Made by a program: the position numbers and the translations under genes. This document shows, in pieces, positions 22,469 to 34,320 of a stretch of DNA of 64,000 nt. Every line of letters starts with the position of its first letter. Within the stretch, counting starts at the first letter, position 1. The stretch is from Thraustochytrium aureum (Eukaryota), in NCBI GenBank assembly GCA_012862495.1, contig BLSG01000428.1, positions 1 to 64,000 on the forward strand. The letters run 5' to 3'. The notes beneath the pieces are model-generated. The model saw only the letters and a list, made by a program, of their open reading frames with translations, was not told the origin of the DNA and made no database searches.

Positions 22469-25080
22469 TTACGCTCGCCGCGGGGAAAACACCCAAATCG
22501 ACACGAGCCAGCAGGCGAGCGACACTGCAGCGCAAAACACAAAAAGGTTGAACTGCAACTCGAGCGCAGTTCCAGCCCCAAGAACTGTAATCACCGCATT
22601 CCCTGCGGCGCGCCCCAGCGTCCCAGCCTCCGTCGCCAGGAGACCCGAGTTGCAGGTCCCCGCCGCGAGCTTGGAGCTGATGATTTTCGAAAACAGAGAC
22701 ATCATGACGCCCTCCATCACCTGTGCCAGCGCAAAGACGCCCAAGTCGCCAAGGACGAATAGGGGCAGGGCGAGGGGCTCCTGCCTGTACGGAACCAAGG
22801 CTGCGCAGAGGAGAGCGAGCGGCAAAAAGAGCGCGCGGAGCCAAAACGAATCTTGAAGCGCGAAGGCGCGCGAGGCTGCCACAAGGGCCATGTTGCAGGG
22901 CACAACAAAGAGGCCAAGAGCGGTCATGAACAACCCGATGCGGCGCGTCGCCCAGCCGTAACCGTCAGGGGCAGTTATGGGGATCGCAGTGAGCAAGGCC
23001 TCTTGCACAAGCTTGACCCAGAAGATCACACACAACGAGTACACGGTCAGTCGCCACCGCTGGGTCTCGCGCCGGGCGCGACGCCGGGAAGCCAGCCGCT
23101 CATACTGCACCTTGTGGCTACTGCCGCCCGGCTCGGCTTTTCCGTCGCCGATGCGCATCGTCCCGTACGAGCGGCTCTTTCCGTTACTCGAGCCTTCGCT
23201 CAGGCTGTGGCTGCCTTCCAAAACGATGTCGATCGAGTCGTCAAAGCCACCGTCGTCCGGGTCGCTCGGATCGTCCGTGTCGAGGAGATTGTCCTCGTCT
23301 TCGTAGACGTCCCAGCCGGCCCGCCTTGTCGGCGTTCCGACCGAGTCCTCGTCCTCGTCCTCGTCGTCCTCAACTTCGTCGTCACCCTCGCCGCCGCCGC
23401 CGCCGCCGCCGAGACCAAACTCGGAGGCGTCAGATACGGCTCGCCTGAGGTCGCCGTCCTCAAGCTGAGGCACCGCTCGCGGCGGGTCTCTGAACCGGAA
23501 GAGCACCAGTAATCCGAAGAAGACCCACAGGACGGCCATAAACCACGCAGGACCGGTCATCTCGTTCACCGTAAAGCCAAGCACCTTGATGTCCATGTCG
23601 GCGAACAGCGAGGCCAGCAGCGGGCCCGACGCCATGCCGAGCGCCCCCGCGGCGACGAACGCAGCCGAGGCGCGCGTTCGGTTCTGCACGCTGATCGTGT
23701 CTGCGATGTAGCGCCGGTTGGCAGCCCTGCAAGCTCCCAGCCCGCTCACGAACCGACCGATCAGCAAAAGCGAGCTCAGGCGGGCGTCCCAGGCGACCGC
23801 GTAGAGCAGGTTGCCAAGGACGAGGAGCACCGAGCTCGCGAGCAACGGTTCGCGGAAGCTCCGGTTGGTCCAGAAACTGTAGACCACCGCGCTCGCGAGA
23901 GCAGCTATTGGTGTCATGGCCACGATGACACCAGCCACCGAGGCGCGCAACCCGAGCTGGACCGCGTACCGACCGGCCGTGGGCAGGCAGATGTTGTAAT
24001 TGGCCAGGTAAAAGAAAGTGCTGGCGAGGTTTATGCTCTCGGACCAGGTGTCCTCGAGTGGGGCGCCAGCGTTGGCCGCGTCGCCCTCGCGACCAACTAG
24101 CGCTGACCAGGCCGACACGGCCCTGGCGCGCACGGAGCGAAAATCTCCAGGGTCTTTGCCCAGCTTGCTCTGCTGCCTCAACAGCGTGGGCCGAAACGGG
24201 ATCACGGCCCGGGACGACAGGAACGAGAGGAACTCGTTCGACCCGCGCATACGTTCGCGCATTGCGTACATGTCTTGCAGAATGGCCGCGCCCCGGTCCC
24301 TGTACTGAGCGAGGCGAACTGCAGCAACGGGGCTCAGCTCTACTCCGATACCCCTCAAGCCGCCACCGACGGCAGGGGCGCCGCCACTGACGGCAGGGGC
24401 GCCGCCGCCGCCGCCACCGCTGATCTCTGCTTGGTGCCGCGCCGCGCCGCCTGGGTCCAGTGCGCTGGACAGCTCGCTTTGCATTTCGATGATGCCGCGC
24501 TGGATTGACTCGATCGACGGCTGCAGCAGCGAGATATCGCGAAGTCGCGCCAGGTGCTGCGCCAAGACATCGTCCTGCCCGAGCTGGACGCGACCAAGCA
24601 GGGTCGGGCCCGCGGCGCTGACGCGCTGTTGAACTTTTTCAAAATCTTGCGCAGTGCGGTCGCGTTGAGCTGAAGGAAGTGGAACAGACGGGTGACCTGC
24701 GTCCCCAGGTGCTGGTAGTTGAGAAGCAGTCGCTCTATCGACAGCGTTCGGTCCTGGACCGCGTTCCCGAGCGGGTTGGCCAATATCGCCTTGGCGCGGT
24801 TGGCCTCGCTCAAGTCCCGCTCGAGCGTGGCTCGCTGCAGGTCGTAGAAGGTCGTTGCGCGCTGTATTTGCCCGCGCACCAGGGCGTGAAAGCCGGAGGC
24901 GTCGACGCTGCTCCCGTCCGCCAGCTGCTTGACGGTCTCCTTGAGCGCATTGTACTGCAGGTAGTGAACGCGCCACTCGGGCACCTAGGCGCAGCCGCCC
25001 TGCGTCAGCGCCGGCCGCCGGCCGCACGCGCTGCCACCGCCACTTACCAGCTCCTTCTCGAAGTGCTTGCCGAACTTCAT
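22469..25080 (-). CDS. SPX-MFS (vacuolar phosphate transporter-like); intron 25047-24985, frameshift near 24600
   Basis: MKFGKHFEKEL|VPEWRVHYLQYNALK and LNATALRKILKKF (SPX). MFS part: NLASTFFYLANYNI, GRFVSGLG, NRRYIAD, SGLLATEAGTLGR, with an acidic central loop. Confidence 0.92.
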
Positions 25081-25185
25081 CGCGGCCGGCGCCTCCCCGC
25101 CGCGTCCCGGCCAGCAGCGAATCAAGCACCTGCGCGACTCATCAATCCTCGAGCTGATGAATCTCACCCGAGAGGCCACGCCCCT

Positions 25186-25705
25186 CGTCACGCAAAACCC
25201 CTCGTGACGATGCCTCTCCCGGCTGCAGGTGGCTATCTCGTCTTAGGGGCGGCATCGTGACGAGCTGCGTTTTCNNNNNNNNNNNNNNNNNNNNNNNNNN
25301 NNNNNNNNNNNNNNNNNNNNNNNNNNNNNNNNNNNNNNNNNNNNNNNNNNNNNNNNNNNNNNNNNNNNNNNNNNNNNNNNNNNNNNNNNNNGGGGCGGCA
25401 TCGTGACGAGCTGCGTTTTCATCCGCGAGCAGGTACGCGTCATATAGGGGGTGCGCAATGACGGGCCCTGAACCCGCGGCGGGATGGCAAGGGCACGTCG
25501 CAGGGGCTCCAACGTGACGCGCTAGGCGGTCGCCGCGTCACTCCCGAGCCCCCGACGTCACGTACTCCGAGCCTGCGCAGCGCAATCACGTCTCATGGGC
25601 ATCCATCGTGACGCGGGCGCCGCGCGGAGGTCCTGCCGTCACGAGGGCCCGGCTGCGCCGAGCCCGTCGAGCACGCACGCGTCGCATGGGGAGGCAGTCG
25701 TGACG
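25186..25705. promoter_or_regulatory. Divergent promoter with a cluster of CGT(G/C)ACG pseudo-palindromes
   Basis: Copies at 25186, 25203, 25256, 25513, 25556, 25607, 25637 and 25699, plus a partial copy at 25536. Confidence 0.55.
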
Positions 25706-25774
25706 CGGGCGGCGGTCACCTGCGGGCTGGGCTGGCGCGCGTGGGCGGCAGGGCCGTTCGGTGCGTTGGCGGCG

Positions 25775-27155
25775 ATGGAGTCGTGGGCTCTGTCGCCTTC
25801 GGCAGAGAGCGACGCGGGGCTTAAGGATGCCGAGCTAAACTGGGGCGCGGTCTCCACGCGCGATACCGTCGCGTTCGGAGCCGCGAGCCCCGGGAGCGCG
25901 ACGGTGTGGCGACCCGCTGCCCAAGGCGCGGGCGGCGGGCTGCCCCGCGTGCCGCAGGCCGAGGTGGACGCGTGGGTGGACAAGGCCTGCAGACGCAACG
26001 GCATCGGATGCGTCGTGCTGCTGCTTACGGACGCCGAGCTGGCGAGGTTTGAAACGAGCTTCGGGAGGCGCTGCGGCGGAGCGGGCTCGAGGTCGCCACG
26101 GTTCCCTCGCTGCACGCGGCAACGGCGCTTGGGGTGATTGTCGGGGCGCTGCGCGAGGCCGAGCGGAAGGAGCAACGCGCCCTGATCACCTGCCCCAGCG
26201 GGCAGGTGCGCACCGGCACCGTGGGGGCCTTGTGGGTGCACCACCGGCACTGCGTGAGCCTCGCACAAGCCGTCGAGGAGGTGACTGCGGCTGGCCCGCT
26301 GCGCCGACCTAGTTTCTCTGCGCTTGTGGATCTGCTTTCGCCAAAGTTGGCGGACGCGCTCGTATCTTCGGGGCGGCCTAGGCGGCCTTCCTCGTCGCGC
26401 GACTCTGGTCGGCCCAGCGCTCGGAGCGAACACGAGAGCAGCGCGACGGCTTGGGGCACGCCGCGGTCCGCAGCGACGCTCGGAGCGCTCTCGGCTCGCT
26501 CCGCGGGGCCAGGACCGGAGACGCAGCACGGACGGACCCAAGTGCTGTTTGTGACAACGGGGGGCACAATCGACAAGGACTACCCGCGGCTCACCGGCGG
26601 GTATGCATTCGAAATCGGCGAGCCGGCCGTTGCAGGAATACTCCACTCACTTGGCGAGATCGGCGGAGTCGGATTCACCTACAAAATAGTTAGCGTTTGC
26701 CGAAAGGACAGCCAGGACATTGGCGAGCCTGACCGCGCGGCGATCGTTCGCGAGCTCCGGCGCAACAAAGTGGACCGCGTTTTGATAACGCATGGCACCG
26801 ATACGATCGTGGAGACGGGCGAGTTTATTTTGAGCGAGCTGGGCGCAGACATGCCCCAGCGCGTTGTCTTGGTAAGTTGCCGCTTCGCAGATCTTCCTCG
26901 CGGCCTCCGCTGTGCCGGGCGCACACTGACAAGCGGCCTAACCGAGCGCAGACAGGCGCCATGCGGCCCGACAAGTTTGCCGTCTCGGACGCCCGCTTCA
27001 ACGTCGGGTGCGCCTTGGGCGCGTTGTGGGCAAGCGAGCGGGGGGGCGTGTTTCTTGCGATGAACGGCAACATCCTGGACGTTTCGCGCGGGGTTCTTCG
27101 ACACGCAGCGTCGGGGCGCTTTGTAGCCGCAAGCGCGACTCCGAACGACGAATAA
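25775..27155 (+). CDS. Fusion of a CX5R tyrosine/dual-specificity phosphatase-like domain and a short-chain L-asparaginase domain; frameshift near 26063, intron 26872-26951
   Basis: Phosphatase part: FGAASPG...EVDAWV...GIGCVVLLL, TCPSGQVRTG. Asparaginase part: TTGGTIDKDY, RKDSQD, ITHGTDT, VVL|TGAMRP, SDARFNVG, GVFLAMNG. Confidence 0.85.
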
Positions 27156-27315
27156 CCAACCACCGACTAAAATAACAAGCAAGCTGAAGAGGTGAGAGAG
27201 CCGCGCCGAGCCTCCCGCTTCAACGCACGCCTTCGCCGCGAGAAGAAATGCCGCGGGGAGCGAAAGGTACATAGTCGTTTTCAATTGATTTCATCTTTCA
27301 AGAAATCAATCAAGA

Positions 27316-30300
27316 TCAGAGGTTCGTGAGGCATCGGTACACGGGCCGAAACCGGCCGGAGGGTGGCGCAAACTTGAAAGGCTGGCTCCCAAAGTTGAGG
27401 GCGCACTCCAACTTGGAAGCCGTAATTGCAGGGACGAGCTGGGTAGCGCCCTCCCCAATCGCCCGCAACTCGACGACCTTGCCGTTCACGGTGCAAGTCA
27501 GCCTGCGCTCCTCAATGTCGCACGCCATGCCAATCACGTCGTTGGCGGCCAGGTGATCGATCCGCATGCCAAACCCCGCTGCGTCTTCGGCAACACCAAC
27601 ACTTGAGTGGCCATAGAGCACCCCATGACGAAACGCGGAGCTCACCCAGCCGACAACCGCGACTCCAGCCACCTCCAACACCTCCACCTCGTAGTACATT
27701 TTCTGGTGCACTACGCGCGCCTGACGGCCAGCGCAGTCCAGCTTGAGCGCCATCGTCGTCCATTCCAATATCGATACAACGTTGATGTCGTCGTAGCGAT
27801 ACGGGCTCGGAAAGCCGCGAACGCGCTGGAAAGCCGCCGGAAACCACTCCAACTGCTCGACCTCAAACTCAGATTCGGCCTGCAGGCGGGACGCAAACGT
27901 TGGGTCGGCACCGAGCGTCGAGAGGAAGACGTCAGAATGGTCGTCGAGGAATCCGGGGGTCCAGGTCTGCGAGGGTGCGCGAGTACATCTCGCGCATCGA
28001 GGGCCTCGAGTCGGACACGTACAGATGCACGAAGAGGTCGACCAGGTTGAAGTCGCGCAACTTTCCCGCGACGACCGAGTCGCTCTTCGAAACGCGCAGG
28101 GCGGGCTTGAGCAAAACTCGGCCCAGCTCGACGTCCCCGGCGCTCTTGAGCGACGTGGCGTCCGCCACCATGTTGTGCTGCCAATCCTCCAAGAGGTCCA
28201 TGAGCCCGTAGTGCACCAGACAGCTTGACAGTGCCTCAACTTGGGCCGGGGCCTGTTGCACCTCACGAGCGAAACGACGGCCAGCTTCGGCTCCTGCCTC
28301 CAGTCGGGGCGCTGGGCGACCCGACCCGACCGAATCGGGGCCCTGCCCCAGCAGAGACTTGGAGGGCCCGACAAACATGGGGCTGATGACCTGTAGGATG
28401 GACCGCGTGAGCCCGCTGCCATGCTGCATCTCAGCGACGAGCTCGCGCAGAAAACTCGTCTTTCCATCGCCACAGTCGACGTCCAGGCCGTCCAGGCCGA
28501 GCATCTTGCTCGGGTCGCCGCCAACGTAGTTGCCGATCGCCGTTACACTCCGTTGCTTGCCTAGCTCGGTCGACTGAGCGCTGCAAAAGTAGAGCGCGAG
28601 CGCCACAAAAGCATCGGTGCGCATCAAGAGGTCCATGGTGTGCTCCTCGCCGCGCTGCGACAAAAAGTACATAACTGCAGCGACGCGCTCCTGCGAACGG
28701 CGTTCTGCCGGAGTAGCAACCTTGGACTTTAGCGCCTGGATCAGGGGCCGCAGGACGCGCTCCTCGACTTGCGCAGAATCTGCCCTCGCGAGAGTGGCGA
28801 TCAGCTCGCAAGCGCGCTCCGCCTCCCGGTCGCCCTGCAGCCTGTTCTCCTGCTCGGCAAGCGCGCTCGCAGTCGCTGCCGCGGCGGCGGCAGCCGCCGA
28901 GGTTGAGCTTCGCGCAGTCGGCGGCGGCGGCGGCGGGGCCTTCTTGACGGGCTGGCCCGCGTCGAGGACAAACTCCACAGCGCCTCGAGGAGCGGGGGCG
29001 GCGGCGCAACTCCAGGTGGGAGCGAGACGTTGCGTCGCGCACTTCCGCGACGAATGCTGCCCCTGCTGACGCTCCCCCGCGACGCGCTCTCCGGTCTTGC
29101 AGAAGCCGCAGAACTCCGCGCGCTGGCGTGCCCACTGCTGCGGCTGCTAAAGCTCCGCCAGCTGCTCCGCTTTCCCTTCTGGGCCTCGGTTGCCCGCGTC
29201 TTCTCCTCCGCCTCGGCATCCGCACTGCTCACGCCCGCCTCGACTTGCGCGAAGCGGATTGCCAGCCCCCCGCGGAGCCCCACCTCGTCGTCCGCGTTGA
29301 CGGAAGCCTGCGCCTCGCCCGCCTCGCGGAGCGCCCTCTCGAGCGCCTCGTCCTCCTCAAACTCGGCCTCGGCCTCTGCTTCGGCTTCGGCGGCCCCTGT
29401 GGCAAACGCCATCGCCGCAAGCGCTGCCGTGGAAGCCTCGGAAACGCGGCCGTTGCCTCCGCTTGCAGTTGAGTCTGCGGTCAGCACAAAGTCTGGGACT
29501 GTGTCCAAGACCATGCGCGCCATGCTCTCCTTGGCGCACAGAGTGGCGAGCAGCTTGACCGCGCAATACCTCGACCGGCGCGATCCTGCTGCCAGAATCA
29601 GGTTGAGGCAGAACACGCCGTACTCGGAATTCTTTTCGAACAACGAGTACAAGTCTGCCCCGAGCTGCGCGTAGACCAGCCTCTCCTCGCCGTCGCGGTC
29701 GACGCGTTCGACAATGTGGCTGATAATGAGCAGTGAAAACTCTTGGACGGCAAAGTCTGGCTCGTTCATCGAGACAAACAAAACCTCGAGCCGGTTTTTG
29801 TCCAAGAGCACCCGCGCGGCCGAGCTCGTGCCCGTGTCAATCAAGAGCGACGAGAGGAAACCCAAAGCGCGCCGCTTTCGCGCGTGCGCATCCTCGACAA
29901 GTTCCTCCCCACTCGGCGGCTTTTGGCCTCGTTTGTGCAAACTGTTCCGATCAAAGAGCCGCGCCACGAGCATCTGCAAGTGCGACTTGCGCTTGTCGAT
30001 TGAGGAGACCACCGGTACGACGACCGAGTCGAGCATGGCCTGTTTGATGGGAGTCCGCGCTAGCGCGGCCACGACCCTGCTGACGACCTGCACGTCTGCG
30101 CTGGACTTGTCGACGAGGTGGACGAGGGCTTGGCAAAGTTCAGGCACTGTACCGGGAGGCAGCTTGCCGAAGCCCTCTGCCAAACCGGGTTCTCGAACAA
30201 AGAGGAGGAGCAGTTCGGGTCCCACGCTCGGGTCGCTCTTCACCTCGCGGTGCTTGATCACAAAGCTGGCTATGCCTGTAAGGGCGCCAGGTTGGCTGTA

Positions 30301-33300
30301 TGTGTCGACCGCGGTGCTCCAGACTGCCTCGGACGCCTTGCAGAGGTTGATGAGGGCTCGTGCCGCCAGGACGCAAGCTTCGCGTGGGCCCGTCATGGTT
30401 GCGGCGGAGAGCACCTCAACGACCAGCTCACAGCTCACACGGTGGGTGTCAGCTTGCGAGACTGGCTCGGGCCTGGTCCCACGCGCGAGCGGCGCATCTT
30501 CCTCGAAGTTCGTTAGCGCGCTTGCTTGCGACGCGGTCTCAAAGAACGCGGCAGAGGCGTCCGAGTCCGACTCGCCCCTCGCCCCTGCTCTGCCGCCGCG
30601 CGGCAGGGATGCATCCGATTCGGCACTGGCCCGCTGCCCCCTTTGGCTGGCACTTGCAGGGTCCGCTGAGGGGGTGCCAGAGGACTCGATGGCAGGATGA
30701 TCCTCCTCTGCGATCATCTCCTTCACGCAGAAGGGGTTGCTGGAAATCTTTGCAATGAGCTCGGCGCAACGCCGCACAAGGAGAGGGTCGGCCTGGCTGT
30801 GCAGTATCCCGACGTGCAACTTGCGGCTGATCTCGCGCTGCAGATTGTGCAGCGTGGCAGCCACCAGCCCCGGGGTGCGCACGAGGTCCATGACCCGGTA
30901 CTCTGGCAGCTGGGAGAGAATCATGGTCGCATGCTTGACGAGCTCGTGGTGCTGGGACCGCAGGAAGCCCACGAGCATTTGCTTGGCGCCGTCAATCTCG
31001 ATAATCTCTGCAACCGAGCTTGGGCCCGTTGCGCTCGTGACGGTCGCGAGCAAGGCGCACCCGACGACGCGCGTGTCCGTTGACCCCCGCAGCATCCCCC
31101 GCACGACCCCACCGACGATGCCGAGCGGTAGGACGCGCTTGGCAATCGAACTTTCCGTCTCAATCATGAAGCGCACGGCAAGCAGCAAGGGGCGCCGCGT
31201 TTGGTTGAGGGTAAGCTCGGCGCTGAGAAGCGCCGTTGCAGACGCGGGCACTCCCGCGGCATCCATGCGCCGGACGAGGAGCTTCTTCAAGTGCTGCGAC
31301 GTGGTGTGCTCCACCAACAGCGCGAGCGCCTTCGCAGCCTCGCACACGATGTGCTCTTCGTCGAAATCAGCACGATGGGCCCAGATCTTGCCGCAGCCCT
31401 CGCAAGGCTTGGCCGCCGCAGCGAGTGTTGATGCAAGGTACTCGACGGAACCCGTGATCTGCAGGATGCTGCTTGCCGCCTCGCTGTTTCGTGCGAAAGT
31501 CGCGATGGTTCGGATGACCTCTAGCTTGGTAGCAAAGGAGAGGTGCTGGGGCCGCCCGGCCGCGGCGTCGTCCTCGTCGTCGCTCAGGGGCGAGTCGTAG
31601 CAGTCGTCGTCAAACTCGTCCTCGAGCAGAATCCGGACGAGTCTGTTGGACATGTTGCCTTCCTTGACCATGTGGGTGAGCGCGCTGATGTTTTGCGAGA
31701 CGACTTGGATCACGCGGAGCGCGGCACGGCGCCGTACCTCGTCGTCCTCCGCCGCCAAGTTGCGCAGAATGGCCGGGTACGCCTTGAGGTTGAAGTCTTG
31801 CGCGGTCACGAGCGCCAAGCGGGACTCTGCTGCAGCAAGGATGCTCTGCCGCTCGCTGAGCATTAGCTCCACCAGGAAGGCCGGATTGCAGCGCTCACAG
31901 TCAAAGATGATCAGGTCAGAGCAGGACTCTACGAATGCGGCGTCTTCGGGCTCCTGAATGTTCCGGCACCCTGTCAGCATGAGCCTCTTGAGCGACTTTG
32001 CCGCGCCAGCCAAGGGCCGCAGCGACTTGATCGACACGCAGTTCAGGAGAACCAGGTCTTGCAGCTTGGTGCAGGCCTCCAGGGCGCTCAGGTCTCTCAA
32101 GTGGACGAGGTCGCCCAGCTCCAGCGAAATAAGCTTTGGGCAGTGCCTGACGCCAGAGATGTCGTTCAGGTTCATCACTCCGTTGAGGCGCAGCACCCTG
32201 AGCGTCGAGCCAAAGACCGCCAGCGCAGAAATATCCTCCAGGTTTTTGCAGCTGTCGAGGATGAGTACGCGCAGCGCCGCCACGTTTCGCAGGAACGAGA
32301 GGGAAGTCACGCAGCGAACGAACGAGAGGTCGAGCACGCGCAAATGCCGGAGTGCAAGAATGGATCGCACATCGCGGATATTCACGCACGTGCCGATGCT
32401 AAGCATTTGGAGGTCCTTGCACCTGCTCAGGTCCGGGAGAGCGGTGACGTTGCTCGACTTGAACGCGCTGAGGACGCGCAACTTGGGCAGGCGCTCGAGC
32501 AGCGTGATGTCGCGTATCTCCTTGCAAGCGAGCACTGAAACGCCCTCGAGCGTGGCGCTCAGCTCGAGAAGCGGTTCGAGACTGACGGGCTTGTCGCACG
32601 CGTGCAGCTCGAACCGGCGGAGGTTCGTGCATGCGCGGATTTGCTTGATGGAGCTGAGATGCGGGTTCACGATGCCGAGGAATTCGATCTTGGTCGGGTC
32701 CACGGACTGGAACAGCGTGGAGAGGTCGTTGATCGATGTGTACAGGCCGGCCACGGTCCACGGCGTTAACCTCTGAGACTGGTAAAAGTCGTTGAATGTG
32801 CGGTCGAGAATATGAAAGTCAAAGGTGCGCTTGTAGTACTCGAGGCGAACCGGGGCGCCCCGCAGCTTGCGCATGAAGGCGGGCGAGACGAACGCAAGCT
32901 CCACCATCTGCCGCACACTCAGAAACTCTGCAACGTGCAGCACGATGCTTCGGCCCTCCAGAGCAAATATCTCGGGAAGGATGCGGCATGCGCCGTCGTC
33001 GACAGCTGCGCATGCAGCGTCGATCGTCTCCGCCTCCAGCACGGCCTCAGGCGTGCTCCGCGCGGAGGCCGGCCGTTTCTCGCTCCTGCGGACGCTCGCC
33101 CGGCCCGCCCGCGAATTCCTCGCCCGCTCGCTGGCCCGCCGACTTGGCCTTTGGCTCAGCCTCGCGCTGTGCCTTTCGCTGCGCCTGCGACTCCGCGCGA
33201 CGCTGGCGCGCCTGCAGGCCTCCTTCTCGCGCTCTGTGGCGGCCTCGCTTTCAGCGGATGAGGCTGATCCAGTGTTGCCGCCGCCGCTGTCCAGTTCGAT

Positions 33301-33388
33301 GGCCTCCTCGACTTCCAACAGCGCTGCTTTAGCAGCAGCGTCGCGGTCTCCGTCGACGCCGTCCACCTCGCTCTCAGCGTCCTCCTCC
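27316..33388 (-). CDS. Large F-box-like/LRR + ARM-like helical repeat + C-terminal SPRY protein (5' end in gap; frameshifts near 28985 and 27950)
   Basis: LHVAEFLSVRQMVELAFVS (F-box-like) and more than 10 LRRs (LRVLDLSFVRCVTSL). Long helical repeats, then MYYEVEV...VVGW...DVIGMACD...VNG...PAIT...NFGSQPFKFAPP (SPRY). Confidence 0.8.
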
Positions 33389-34320
33389 NNNNNNNNNNNN
33401 NNNNNNNNNNNNNNNNNNNNNNNNNNNNNNNNNNNNNNNNNNNNNNNNNNNNNNNNNNNNNNNNNNNNNNNNNNNNNNNNNNNNNNNNNNNNNNNNNNNN
33501 NNNNNNNNNNNNNNNNNNNNNNNNNNNNNNNNNNNNNNNNNNNNNNNNNNNNNNNNNNNNNNNNNNNNNNNNNNNNNNNNNNNNNNNNNNNNNNNNNNNN
33601 NNNNNNNNNNNNNNNNNNNNNNNNNNNNNNNNNNNNNNNNNNNNNNNNNNNNNNNNNNNNNNNNNNNNNNNNNNNNNNNNNNNNNNNNNNNNNNNNNNNN
33701 NNNNNNNNNNNNNNNNNNNNNNNNNNNNNNNNNNNNNNNNNNNNNNNNNNNNNNNNNNNNNNNNNNNNNNNNNNNNNNNNNNNNNNNNNNNNNNNNNNNN
33801 NNNNNNNNNNNNNNNNNNNNNNNNNNNNNNNNNNNNNNNNNNNNNNNNNNNNNNNNNNNNNNNNNNNNNNNNNNNNNNNNNNNNNNNNNNNNNNNNNNNN
33901 NNNNNNNNNNNNNNNNNNNNNNNNNNNNNNNNNNNNNNNNNNNNNNNNNNNNNNNNNNNNNNNNNNNNNNNNNNNNNNNNNNNNNNNNNNNNNNNNNNNN
34001 NNNNNNNNNNNNNNNNNNNNNNNNNNNNNNNNNNNNNNNNNNNNNNNNNNNNNNNNNNNNNNNNNNNNNNNNNNNNNNNNNNNNNNNNNNNNNNNNNNNN
34101 NNNNNNNNNNNNNNNNNNNNNNNNNNNNNNNNNNNNNNNNNNNNNNNNNNNNNNNNNNNNNNNNNNNNNNNNNNNNNNNNNNNNNNNNNNNNNNNNNNNN
34201 NNNNNNNNNNNNNNNNNNNNNNNNNNNNNNNNNNNNNNNNNNNNNNNNNNNNNNNNNNNNNNNNNNNNNNNNNNNNNNNNNNNNNNNNNNNNNNNNNNNN
34301 NNNNNNNNNNNNNNNNNNNN

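Noticed and set aside
25246..25420. 29-bp direct repeat flanking an N gap (looks like a TSD or insertion)
   Set aside because: The identical 29-mer abuts both gap edges, indicating an unmerged contig overlap.
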